64,000 nucleotides of DNA from an uncultured Collinsella sp. (GTDB taxonomy: Bacteria > Actinomycetota > Coriobacteriia > Coriobacteriales > Coriobacteriaceae): contig UQHT01000004.1 in the NCBI GenBank assembly GCA_900540875.1, forward strand, positions 28,972 to 92,971, in the 5' to 3' direction. A model generated the notes under the pieces. It worked only from the letters and a program-made list of their open reading frames with translations, ran no database searches and was not told where the DNA came from. The translations under genes were made by a program, and so were the position numbers. Position 1 is the stretch's first letter. Every line of letters begins with the position of its first letter. Below are positions 1 through 9,176 of the stretch, piece after piece.

Positions 1-402
1 GTTATTGCTCGCGAGCGCGATGCGTGATGCCAAATGCACAAGGCATGTCGAAAGGTCTCTCGTGTCGTAGCCTTCCGAGGCGAGCACCGTTTGGACGCGA
101 GGGTCTGCGAAATAGGTGGTGAGGCTTTTGGCCCGGTACACGTACACGAGCGCTCCGCAGGGCCGCCAGACCAAAACACTCAGGTGGATGCCGAGCGGGT
201 CAAGCTCGCGATTGCACTGGGCGATAACCTTGAGCAGGTGTGCTCGGCGTTCTGCGATGGTTTCGGTTGCGGTCGAGCCGTCCCCGTGGGCGTAGGCGCC
301 TGGATAGGTAAAGAGCGATGCGGGCTTGATGCCCGCGAGCGTGGGAGAGCAGTTGCGCACGACTGCTGCCTGAAACGTTGGGATGTCTATGGTTCGAGTC
401 AC
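1..402 (-). CDS. Partial CDS (N-terminal part; runs off window start), DUF3793-like hypothetical protein
   Basis: Minus-strand translation from GTG at 402 reads MTRTIDIPTFQAAVVRNCSPTLAGIKPASLF... with AAGGAG 4 nt upstream. There is no stop codon before the window edge. The listed + ORF 34..435 is its antisense. Confidence 0.4.
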   Translation of the reverse strand, partial: MTRTIDIPTFQAAVVRNCSPTLAGIKPASLFTYPGAYAHGDGSTATETIAERRAHLLKVIAQCNRELDPLGIHLSVLVWRPCGALVYVYRAKSLTTYFADPRVQTVLASEGYDTRDLSTCLVHLASRIALASNN

Positions 403-576
403 GGCGCTCCTTACGGATCTAAACTGTTAGCCTAGGAAAACTTATACACGAAAGTAAGCCATGGTCAACAAAAAAGTTTGAAGCGGGAAACTAATTGACC
501 GAACCGACACGAGTTTGGAGTAAGATGGGAACACCCCATGGGGGTATCTAGATAGGGCTACTTGAAAGGGGAACGC

Positions 577-960
577 ATGAGTGACTTGCTCAACCCTGCG
601 AATCTCATCGTGCTGGCCGTCATTGCCGTCGGCATGTTTTTTGGACTGCGTCGCATTGCCGCTTCGACACACGGGAAGAGTTGTTGCAGCGATGGCGCGA
701 GCAGCAAGAAGGCCAAAAAGGTTGTTGTGACGGATACCGATGCGTCGCACTATCCCTATAGCGATGAGCTGCTCATCGGTGGCATGAGTTGCGACGGCTG
801 CGCTCAGAACGTGGCGAATGCCCTCAATGCCCTGGATGGCATTTGGGCCACGGTGACGTATGCGGACCACACGGCGCGCGTGCGCTCTAAGCAGCCGATC
901 GATCGCGGTGCTCTCGTGGCGGCCGTGAAGGACGCGGGTTACTACGTCATGACGCTGTAG
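577..960 (+). CDS. Heavy-metal-associated (HMA) domain protein, CopZ-like metallochaperone with N-terminal membrane segment
   Basis: GMSCDGCAQNV is an MxCxxC metal-binding motif. A hydrophobic N-terminus precedes it. An RBS-like AAAGGGGA lies before the ATG at 577. Confidence 0.7.
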   Translation: MSDLLNPANLIVLAVIAVGMFFGLRRIAASTHGKSCCSDGASSKKAKKVVVTDTDASHYPYSDELLIGGMSCDGCAQNVANALNALDGIWATVTYADHTARVRSKQPIDRGALVAAVKDAGYYVMTL

Positions 961-986
961 GTCTTGCCTTGGATGCGCGTCCTTGT

Positions 987-1412
987 CTAGGCTCGTCCGC
1001 GCAGTTCGATGTCTTGGATGTCATCGAAGTCGATGGCGATGTCTTTGAGCTTGAGGAGTTTGAAGGCAGGGAGTACCTCGTCGAGGATGCCGGTGCGAGA
1101 GCGATAGCCGTACGTATCGTAATAGGTGACGCGGACCAGGTCGCCACGTTTGAGGCCCTCGAGCTTATGCGAAAGCTCGAGGGCTTTCTCTTCCGTTAGC
1201 TCACATTTTGGTTCGACGGTGATCTCTTGCTTGCGCACGAGCTCGTAGTATCCCGTGAGGGCGGCAAAGGGCATAAACTGTGCGGCGCGGTTGGCGCGCA
1301 AGGCACCGTTGGCGGTGAGTCTGGGGTCGGTGAATCGACGTCTTCCCTCGGGGTCCGCTAGACGTTCAAAAGGCGTCGGTGGCCGCATCGGCCGTTGTTG
1401 GGACTTAGGCAC
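987..1412 (-). CDS. YolD-like protein
   Basis: A 141-aa protein whose sequence pattern matches YolD-like proteins. It lies immediately downstream of and overlapping (8 nt) a Y-family polymerase gene, the usual pairing. Confidence 0.6.
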   Translation of the reverse strand: MPKSQQRPMRPPTPFERLADPEGRRRFTDPRLTANGALRANRAAQFMPFAALTGYYELVRKQEITVEPKCELTEEKALELSHKLEGLKRGDLVRVTYYDTYGYRSRTGILDEVLPAFKLLKLKDIAIDFDDIQDIELRGRA

Positions 1413-2910
1413 GATGTCCTCCTACCTGATCGTTGCGTTCGCGTGCGGTGGCCCCGGCGGTAAAGCTCAATCCTTTGACCAGGGCGTTCTTGCCATATTT
1501 GCCTTTCACGGCTAACACGGCGCGTGCCAGGTCGCGCTCGCGCTCATCGGCCTTAACGTCGCTAAACAGATCGATGGTGGCAAATTCCTCGGGCACCAGA
1601 TTGCCAAAGCCCAGATTGATACGCTTGACCGGTCGCTTGGGGTCGACCGTTTGTGCCCAAAGGTCATCGAAATACCCCATGATCTTCTTAAACGAATTAG
1701 TGCTCTCGGGCAGCTTGCGCGAGGCGTTGGAGTGCGCAAAGAGCGCGGCATAGCCACCACGCGGCTTGCCGCCGTGTTCGCCCACAAAGATGCCATCAAT
1801 CGCCTGTGCCTCTCGCACCAAACGTCGGCGTTCGTCATCTCGCTGGACGGGTTTCGGTGCGCGGTGCGCGAGCTCGGGGCCGTCGGTCGCTGCGGGCTCG
1901 ATGCCCGAAGTGCTCGAGCGCAGGTGTCCGCAGCCGTCTATATACTGCGCCGTGCCGCTGGCGTTGAGCCGGCGTATGTCGGCGCGCTCGCTTGCATAGC
2001 CCACAAAGAGCGAGATGCTGTCGCACACCACGTGCTTGTCGATCAAATCCAGCACGGCGGCATCGACCATTTCGCGCAAGACGGTGTAGGCCTGCTCGTA
2101 GGCATAGCCCTTCGAGAGCACCTGCCCTGTGGTGGTCGAGGTCGCTTGCGGGCGATAAGCTTGGATATCGGCGATGGTTGTCGGCTCACGCCCGAAGGCG
2201 TGGTCGATAAGATATTCGGCATTGACGCCGAGTTCGTCGTAGAGCAGGTTCTCGTTGAGTGCGGCGACGCCCATCAGGTCGTAGACGCCGTATTTCTCGA
2301 GACGGGCCGCCACGCCGGGGCCGATGCCCCAGATGTCGGTGATGGGGCGATGGGGCCAGATCTCCTTGCGAAAGGTCTCGTCGTCGAGTATGCCGATACG
2401 GCTGGGCACGTGCTTGGCGGTAATATCGAGTGCAACCTTGGCCTGGAATAGGTTGGGGCCGATGCCGACCGTCGCCGTGATGCCGGTGCGCGCCAGGACC
2501 TCGTCGCGCAATATGCAGGCGAAGCCTTCCGCATCGGTGTGATAGAGGTCCAGATAGGGTGTCACGTCGATAAAGCACTCGTCAATTGAGTAGACGTGAA
2601 CGTCTTGCGGACTGACGTATTTCAGGTAGATACCGTAGATCTGCGCCGACACCTCCATGTAGTGCTGCATGCGCGGTATGGCCTTAATGTAGTCGATGCC
2701 ATCGGGTATTTCGAACAGGCGACAGCGGTTGTGAATCCCTAGGTCCTTCATGGCCTGCGTGATAGCGAGGCAGATGGTCGTGCGTCCGCGCGATTCGTCG
2801 GCAACGACCAGGTTGGTGGTGAGCGGATCGAGCCCACGATCGACGCACTCGACGCTGGCATAAAACGTCTTGAGGTCGATACAGATGTAGGTGTGCTGCT
2901 CGTGCGCCAT
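1405..2910 (-). CDS. Y-family DNA polymerase (UmuC/ImpB/UvrX-like translesion polymerase)
   Basis: N-terminal CIDLKTFYASVEC catalytic motif and full-length similarity to UmuC/DinB-type polymerases. The ATG at 2910 has AAAGGA 5 nt upstream. The ORF track start at 2931 is a GTG. Confidence 0.85.
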   Translation of the reverse strand: MAHEQHTYICIDLKTFYASVECVDRGLDPLTTNLVVADESRGRTTICLAITQAMKDLGIHNRCRLFEIPDGIDYIKAIPRMQHYMEVSAQIYGIYLKYVSPQDVHVYSIDECFIDVTPYLDLYHTDAEGFACILRDEVLARTGITATVGIGPNLFQAKVALDITAKHVPSRIGILDDETFRKEIWPHRPITDIWGIGPGVAARLEKYGVYDLMGVAALNENLLYDELGVNAEYLIDHAFGREPTTIADIQAYRPQATSTTTGQVLSKGYAYEQAYTVLREMVDAAVLDLIDKHVVCDSISLFVGYASERADIRRLNASGTAQYIDGCGHLRSSTSGIEPAATDGPELAHRAPKPVQRDDERRRLVREAQAIDGIFVGEHGGKPRGGYAALFAHSNASRKLPESTNSFKKIMGYFDDLWAQTVDPKRPVKRINLGFGNLVPEEFATIDLFSDVKADERERDLARAVLAVKGKYGKNALVKGLSFTAGATARERNDQVGGHRA

Positions 2911-3081
2911 CCGTGTCCTTTCATCAAACACATGTTCTTATCGAATACCTGTTCGATAATACCGGCTCGTCCGGACATCGTCAAAACCTGCCAAAAAGGG
3001 ACAGGTTTATTTTGGTCGGTTTACCGAGTGCTTACAGTGAGCCGGTAGCCTTAATGTGTTGAATACGCTGAGGGGGTATGG

Positions 3082-3705
3082 ATGACCATCGATAAGGGTG
3101 ATCTTGCACTTCTGATACTGTTCGTGCTGTGCCTTGCGATCTTTGTTTACCTGCTGATCAAGGTGCTCAAAGGACGGGCTATAAGAATCGATGAGGTGGG
3201 TTACTTGCTGATTGTCGAGAGGCTTCGGTCGCCGGTGTTGACGGCCGTGATGAAAGCCGCCTCGAGTTTGGCGTCGCTGCCGTTTGTCGTCGGTGTGCTA
3301 GCCGCGGCGATGCTGTGGGCGCCCAATTGGCCCCATGTTGTCTGGGCCGCCTTCAATGTCGGTGCTATCAGCGCAATCGACCAGCTGTTAAAGGTCCTTG
3401 TGCATCGACCTCGTCCACAGGGATCTCGGCTTGTCGAGGCGCCGGGGCTGAGCTTCCCCTCGGGCCACTCGATGGCGGCCATGGCGTTTTATGGCTATGG
3501 TATATGGTTGGTGCGGTGTGGCGTGTGTGGCCTTCCGTTCGGCGCCGCCATCGAGGTTGCACTTGCGTGCGTCATCCTTGCGGTGGGCGTCAGCCGTGTC
3601 TATCTGGGCGTGCACTACGTTTCGGATGTGCTGGGCGGGTTTTGCCTGTCTTTTATCTGGCTCATCCTGTTCGTGCGTCTTGGCCCTTGGATTTTGACCG
3701 TCTAA
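3082..3705 (+). CDS. PAP2-family membrane phosphatase (undecaprenyl-diphosphatase-like)
   Basis: PAP2 motifs are present: KVLVHRPRP, PSGHS and SRVYLGVHYVSD. The protein has multiple TM helices. Confidence 0.8.
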   Translation: MTIDKGDLALLILFVLCLAIFVYLLIKVLKGRAIRIDEVGYLLIVERLRSPVLTAVMKAASSLASLPFVVGVLAAAMLWAPNWPHVVWAAFNVGAISAIDQLLKVLVHRPRPQGSRLVEAPGLSFPSGHSMAAMAFYGYGIWLVRCGVCGLPFGAAIEVALACVILAVGVSRVYLGVHYVSDVLGGFCLSFIWLILFVRLGPWILTV

Positions 3706-3795
3706 TTGTCGTAACTGGACGCCATGTCGGATCGAATCTGATTTTAACGCAGCCCTAAAGAGCGCGAAACAGCTCGGAAAAGCTCGCTTCGTAGC

Positions 3796-4371
3796 ATGAG
3801 CCTAACGATCGATACCACCATAAAGCATGGAAGGGTTGTGGGGATAATGGTCAACTATGGGTTTGGTATGCCGACGCGCTTGGTTGCGGATGGGGATGTG
3901 GCTCGCTGGTGCGGACGACTGGTTGCCCACTATGGCGGCACCAAGGCACTGGTCGTGCTGGGAGGCGACAAGCACACGCGTGATGAGCTTGTTTCGGCGG
4001 CGCTGGGCTCGCTCGATCGCGCCCTGCTCGAACGCATACTCTTTCGTTGCGGCTTGGTCGGGGGCGATGGGGGAGACGATTTGGTCGATGAGGCCGTAGC
4101 CCTGGCGACCGATGAGGGCGTGGACTTTGTCCTGGCGATCGGCGATGCCGATACGGCGAGCTTTGTGCGCGAACTCGCTCGTCGCATGGCCGTGCTCGAT
4201 GCCGGCGAGGACGGCTTTGTTCCCTACGGGTGCATCGTCTCCGAGGGAAAAGTGCCCGCCGTTGTGGGTGCCGGCGAGGTTCCCGTTTTTGCTATCATCG
4301 CGCCCGAACTGCTGGAGGGCATCGGGTCTCCCTTGCGCGAGCTGCTCGGCAGCGTATGCGCCGCGGCATAA
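3796..4371 (+). CDS. Fe-ADH / dehydroquinate-synthase superfamily-like domain protein, apparently truncated (191 aa)
   Basis: Pattern GxGxxxxL...GTKALVVLGGD...DFVLAIGDADTASFVRELA resembles the N-terminal Rossmann half of iron-containing alcohol dehydrogenases. The C-terminal metal-binding half is absent. Confidence 0.35.
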   Translation: MSLTIDTTIKHGRVVGIMVNYGFGMPTRLVADGDVARWCGRLVAHYGGTKALVVLGGDKHTRDELVSAALGSLDRALLERILFRCGLVGGDGGDDLVDEAVALATDEGVDFVLAIGDADTASFVRELARRMAVLDAGEDGFVPYGCIVSEGKVPAVVGAGEVPVFAIIAPELLEGIGSPLRELLGSVCAAA

Positions 4372-4571
4372 TGGCCTGCCAGGAAGGGACAGGTAAATTA
4401 TGGTGGGTAAAGCGTTTGACCTGCCAAAATAAACCTGTCCCGTTTTGGTCGGTCGCCGTTCGGGGGCCGATTGGCAACGCTCGCTGATTACGGTCTTGAC
4501 CTGCGTTAGAATAAGGGCATCTGATTATCCGGGCGCATGGAGGAATGCGCCCGTATGCTGAGGAGGACTCT

Positions 4572-6266
4572 ATGGCAACTGTTGCCGCACCTATCGATGC
4601 TACGTCGACTGCCGCTTGGAAGGCGCTCGAGGCTCATCAGGAGAAGCTCGAGGCCGAGGGCATCGACCTCAAGGCCTGGTTCGCTGCTGACGCCGACCGC
4701 GTGAATAAGTTGAGCTTTGACGCCGGCGACCTTCACTTCGATCTGTCCAAGAACCTGGTGACCGATGAGACCGTCAAGCTGCTGTGCGATCTTGCCCGCG
4801 AGGTGAAGCTCGAGGAGCGCCGCGACGCCATGTTCTCCGGCGAGCACATCAACACCACCGAGGACCGCGCTGTTCTGCACACCGCACTTCGCCGTCCGGC
4901 AAGCGAGAAAGGCCAGCTCATCGTTGACGGCCAGGATGTCGTCGCCGACGTGCACGAGGTCCTCGACCGCATGTATGCCTTCGCCGAGCGCGTGCGCTCC
5001 GGTGAGTGGAAGGGCGTAACCGGCAAAAAGATCGAGCACCTGGTGTCCATCGGCATCGGTGGCTCCGATCTGGGCCCGGTCATGGCTTACGAGGCTCTGC
5101 GCCCCTATGCCGATGCCGGTATCGATTGCCGCTATATCTCCAACATCGATCCCAACGACCAGGCCGAGAAGCTCAAGGGTTTGGATCCCGAGACCACGCT
5201 CGTGATCATCGTCTCCAAGACCTTTACCACGCTCGAGACCCTCACCAATGCCCGCGAGGTCAAGACCTGGATGCTCGAGCAACTCAAGGCTCAGGGTGCC
5301 ATCGATGGCTCCGAGGAGCAGAACGCCGAGGCCGTGGCAAAGCACTTCGTCGCCGTTTCCACCGCACTCGAGAAGGTTGAGGCCTTCGGTATTGACCCTG
5401 CCAACGCCTTCGGCTTCTGGAACTGGGTCGGCGGCCGCTACTCCGTCGACTCCGCTGTTGGCCTGTCGCTGATCGTCGTGCTCGGCCCCGAGCGTTTCCA
5501 GCAGTTCCTCGAGGGCTTCCACGCCATCGACGAGTACTTCTGCAACACGCCGCTCGAGAACAATGCCGTCGCGCTGATGGGCCTGCTCAACGTCTGGTAC
5601 GTCAACTTCTTCGATTCCAAGAGCCACGCCGTGCTTCCGTACTGCCAGTACCTGCACCGCTTCCCGGCCTACCTGCAGCAGCTCACCATGGAGTCCAACG
5701 GCAAGCATGTTCGCTGGGACGGCAGCGCCGTGACCTCCGACACCGGTGAGATCTTCTGGGGCGAGCCCGGCACCAACGGCCAACATGCCTTTTACCAGCT
5801 GCTGCACCAGGGCACCGTGGTGGTCCCGGCCGACTTTATCGCCTTCGCCAACACCGCCAACCCTGCGACCGACAACGGTCAGGACGTGCACGAGCTGTTC
5901 CTGGGCAACTTCCTGGCCCAGACCAAGGCGCTCGCCTTTGGTAAGACGGCCGATGAGGTTCGTGCCGAGGGCACGCCCGAGCAGATCGTCCCAGCCCGCT
6001 GCTTTGAGGGCAACCGTCCGACGACCTCGATCTTCGGCGACACGCTGACCCCGTTCGCACTCGGCGAGCTCATCGCCCTGTACGAGCACATCACGTTTGT
6101 CGAGGGCACGGTCTGGGGCATCGACTCCTATGACCAGTGGGGCGTTGAGCTGGGTAAGCAGCTTGCCAAGCAGATCACCCCTGCCTTCCACGATGACGCC
6201 ACCAAGGCCGAGCAGGATGCTTCGACCCAGGCGCTCATTGAGTTCTACCGCGCTCACCGCAAGTAG
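4572..6266 (+). CDS. pgi: Glucose-6-phosphate isomerase
   Basis: Full-length similarity to long-form PGI, including [21 protein letters not shown] precedes the ATG at 4572. Confidence 0.9.
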   Translation: MATVAAPIDATSTAAWKALEAHQEKLEAEGIDLKAWFAADADRVNKLSFDAGDLHFDLSKNLVTDETVKLLCDLAREVKLEERRDAMFSGEHINTTEDRAVLHTALRRPASEKGQLIVDGQDVVADVHEVLDRMYAFAERVRSGEWKGVTGKKIEHLVSIGIGGSDLGPVMAYEALRPYADAGIDCRYISNIDPNDQAEKLKGLDPETTLVIIVSKTFTTLETLTNAREVKTWMLEQLKAQGAIDGSEEQNAEAVAKHFVAVSTALEKVEAFGIDPANAFGFWNWVGGRYSVDSAVGLSLIVVLGPERFQQFLEGFHAIDEYFCNTPLENNAVALMGLLNVWYVNFFDSKSHAVLPYCQYLHRFPAYLQQLTMESNGKHVRWDGSAVTSDTGEIFWGEPGTNGQHAFYQLLHQGTVVVPADFIAFANTANPATDNGQDVHELFLGNFLAQTKALAFGKTADEVRAEGTPEQIVPARCFEGNRPTTSIFGDTLTPFALGELIALYEHITFVEGTVWGIDSYDQWGVELGKQLAKQITPAFHDDATKAEQDASTQALIEFYRAHRK

Positions 6267-6500
6267 TCTTTGTTGCCGAGATAGGTCATGGCCGAAGGGG
6301 CCCGTATCCGTTGGGATGCGGGCCCTTTGCTATTTGGATAGGATGGAATGTATCGGGAGGCGCCTCGACGGGCATCGCAATCGTCGAAGGCGCGCCGTTC
6401 ATGTTTGGGACAATATGACATTTTCCCGTTGCAAACAGCGCCGCCGTGGGTGTTCTGTATGATGGCTCAGACAAGGTTGTTCAATGACAGGGAGGCACGT

Positions 6501-7343
6501 ATGGCAATCAAGGCCATCGCAATGGATATCGACGGTACGCTCACCAATGACCAGAAGGTAATTAGCCCGCGCACGCGCGAGAAACTGCTCGCAGCGCAGG
6601 AGTCGGGCATTAAGCTCATTTTGGCCTCGGGCCGTCCCGCGTGGGGCCTTCATGCCCTGGCGCAGGAGCTCGATCTTCAGAGCCACGGTGGCCTGCTGGT
6701 GGCCTTTAACGGTGCGCACGTGGTCGATGCTCAGACCGACGAGGTGCTGTTCGACCAGGCCATGCCGGTCGACGAGTTGCATCGCTTGCTCGACCATCTG
6801 CGTAACTTTGACGTGATCCCCATGATTTCGCTCGGCCGCGATCTGCGTGTCGTGGACTCGTATCGCTGCATGATCACGCTGCCCGACGGCTCGCAGAAGA
6901 ACATTGTCAAATATGAGCGAGACGCATGCGACCTTAAAATCCGCGAGGTCGAGAGCCTTCATGAGGTTGCGGATGCCTATCCGGTGGACAAGCTGCTCAC
7001 TGCGGGCGATCCGGCCTATCTGCAGGCGCATCACGAGGAGATGTACGCACCCTTTACTGAGACGCTTTCGGGCATGTTTACGGCCGACTGGTACTTTGAG
7101 TTTACGGCTCCCGGTATCGATAAGGCGCGTGCGCTGCGGGGCGCTCTGCCCAAGCTAGGCATTGATGCCAGCGAGGTCGTATCGTTTGGCGATGGTCAGA
7201 ATGACAAGTCTATGATCGAGTGGGCCGGCATCGGTGTTGCTATGGGTAATGCTATCGATGAGGTCAAGGCCGTGGCTCAGATGGTGACTGCGAATAACAA
7301 CGAAGACGGCATCGCGGTGGCACTTGACCAGTTACTGGGCTAG
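6501..7343 (+). CDS. Cof-type HAD-IIB sugar phosphatase
   Basis: MAIKAIAMDIDGTL DxDGT motif, C-terminal GDGxNDxxM motif, GGGAGG RBS. The ORF track start at 6348 is an upstream extension. Confidence 0.85.
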   Translation: MAIKAIAMDIDGTLTNDQKVISPRTREKLLAAQESGIKLILASGRPAWGLHALAQELDLQSHGGLLVAFNGAHVVDAQTDEVLFDQAMPVDELHRLLDHLRNFDVIPMISLGRDLRVVDSYRCMITLPDGSQKNIVKYERDACDLKIREVESLHEVADAYPVDKLLTAGDPAYLQAHHEEMYAPFTETLSGMFTADWYFEFTAPGIDKARALRGALPKLGIDASEVVSFGDGQNDKSMIEWAGIGVAMGNAIDEVKAVAQMVTANNNEDGIAVALDQLLG

Positions 7344-7406
7344 AATCGCCGATAGTGCATGGTTCGGGCGTCTGCTTGCAGGCGCCCTTTTGTTAGGGAG
7401 GGTGCC

Positions 7407-8066
7407 GTGTCCGCATTTCCGTTCGACGCCGTTATCTTTGACATGGACGGCGTCATCGTCGATACCGAGTATTACTACCTGGGAGAGACCGCTGCGTTTG
7501 CCAAAGAGCTTGGGCTGAACCTGAGTCAAGAAGATCTGAACGCGCAGGTCGGTGCCTCACACCAGTTCTTTTTGCATATGCTGGTCGATTGGTTTGAACG
7601 CGCCGGAAAGGGGCACTTTACCGGCGAGGAGGCGCTTGCCCGCTGGGACGAGTGGGCACATAAACGCCCGCGCGATTATCAGGCCCTGATTAATCCCGGC
7701 GCTGTGGAAACGATTCGCGAGCTCCCGCGTCGCGGCGTACGCGTGGCGCTGGCCAGCTCATCTTCCATGAATAGCATCGTGGAGGTGCTTGGCGCGTGCG
7801 GCCTGTCGGATGCCTTTGAGTATGTGGTGAGCGGCGAGCAGTTTAAGGAGAGCAAGCCCGAGCCCGATATCTACCTACATGCGTTGGATCTGCTGGGGCT
7901 GCCCGCGAATCGCTGCTGCTGCGTTGAGGATTCCGTTCCGGGCATTACCGCGGGTAAGCGAGCCGGCCTGACGGTGATTGCCAAGCGTGAGGAGCGCTTT
8001 GGCTTTAGCCAGGATGCCGCGGACAAGATTATCGACCAACTGCCGGAGCTGCTCACGCTTTCTTAG
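7407..8066 (+). CDS. HAD-IA hydrolase (beta-phosphoglucomutase-like phosphatase)
   Basis: FDAVIFDMDGVIVDT motif and SKPEPDIY. GTG start at 7407 with AGGGAGGG RBS. Confidence 0.8.
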   Translation: MSAFPFDAVIFDMDGVIVDTEYYYLGETAAFAKELGLNLSQEDLNAQVGASHQFFLHMLVDWFERAGKGHFTGEEALARWDEWAHKRPRDYQALINPGAVETIRELPRRGVRVALASSSSMNSIVEVLGACGLSDAFEYVVSGEQFKESKPEPDIYLHALDLLGLPANRCCCVEDSVPGITAGKRAGLTVIAKREERFGFSQDAADKIIDQLPELLTLS

Positions 8067-8215
8067 GAGCGCGGTAGTTGCGCGTTTTTCGGGTCTGATG
8101 AGTAAGTGCCCGGCATTTTGGTGCGGCAACAAGCATACTTTATGCTAATGCGGCTCAAGGGCTTGTTGAATGCCCTTGAGCCCGCTTTAGACTTAATTGT
8201 GCTGGGAGAGGGTAT

Positions 8216-8959
8216 ATGCCACCGACTGAAGGGCTAACTGACGGTAAAGCAGCGATACCGCTGTACCAACAGGTTATCGATATCATCAAAAACGAAATCA
8301 ACTCCGGTGCCTACAAGGCAGGTGCGCGGATACCCAACGAATTCGAATTGGCTGAGAGCTATAAAGTTGGCCGCGTTACCGTGCGACGCGCTATTGAGGA
8401 GCTCGTCCAGCAGGGTTATCTAACGAAGCGACAGGGGAAAGGCACGTTTGTCAATGCCCCCAAGCTCAAGCGCAAGATTCGCCAGAAGGATGACGTCCAG
8501 AGTTTTTCGGACGCATGCCGCGTTAACGGAATGGAACCGGGGGCGCGTGTCATTTCGAGAAAGATACTGCCGACGGATTCCACCGAAGCGCAGTTCTTTG
8601 GTGTTCCCGTTGGAACTGACCTGATTTGCGTTGAGCGCGTACGTACTGCCGATGGCGTCCCTGTCATGCTTGAGAACAACATATACGTTTACGAGGACAA
8701 CGCCTATCTATCAACGGCACCTCTATCTAACCAATCCATTTTTGAGTTCGTGCGCAACCGGACGGGCCGCACACCCGCGTTTACCGACCCGTGCACGCTC
8801 GAGATCGCGTGCGCATCGCCCGAGGTCGCTCGGCTGTTGGCAGTTCCCGTTGGCGAACCCTTGTTTTATATGGAAGCCTTCTTTTTCGATGAGCAGCGGC
8901 GGCCGTTTATCATCGGTCGTCAGCGGATCGTTGGATCTCGCTACGTTTTTGACATCTAG
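8216..8959 (+). CDS. GntR-family (HutC/UTRA-type) transcriptional regulator, FrlR-like
   Basis: N-terminal winged HTH LPSERELAE-like (NEFELAESYKVGRVTVRRAIEEL) followed by a UTRA effector domain. It heads the fructosamine-type locus. Confidence 0.85.
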   Translation: MPPTEGLTDGKAAIPLYQQVIDIIKNEINSGAYKAGARIPNEFELAESYKVGRVTVRRAIEELVQQGYLTKRQGKGTFVNAPKLKRKIRQKDDVQSFSDACRVNGMEPGARVISRKILPTDSTEAQFFGVPVGTDLICVERVRTADGVPVMLENNIYVYEDNAYLSTAPLSNQSIFEFVRNRTGRTPAFTDPCTLEIACASPEVARLLAVPVGEPLFYMEAFFFDEQRRPFIIGRQRIVGSRYVFDI

Positions 8960-9176
8960 GACATTGCGAATGGAGACGCCCGGTGGATCATCTCAACGGG
9001 CGTCTCCATGCCGTTCACGGCGCGAACGCAACCGTTCAACCGCGTTACGGCAATCAGTTTGAAATAATCTTGATGACTTGAAAAGCTGCTGGTAATCTAT
9101 GGAACGTCATAGAACGTTTGCTTGTGCAAGCGTTGAAGCGAGATGCGATGCAGTCTTGAGTTCTTTGGAGGTATCT

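Noticed and set aside
34-435. ORF-track + strand ORF (133 aa)
   Set aside because: No RBS. It is antisense to a minus-strand frame with a good SD and a recognisable protein-like sequence (MTRTIDIPTFQAAVVRNCSPTLAGIKP...). It is treated as a shadow ORF of high-GC DNA.
4506-6257. 583-aa minus-strand ORF
   Set aside because: Antisense to pgi. Composition-driven.
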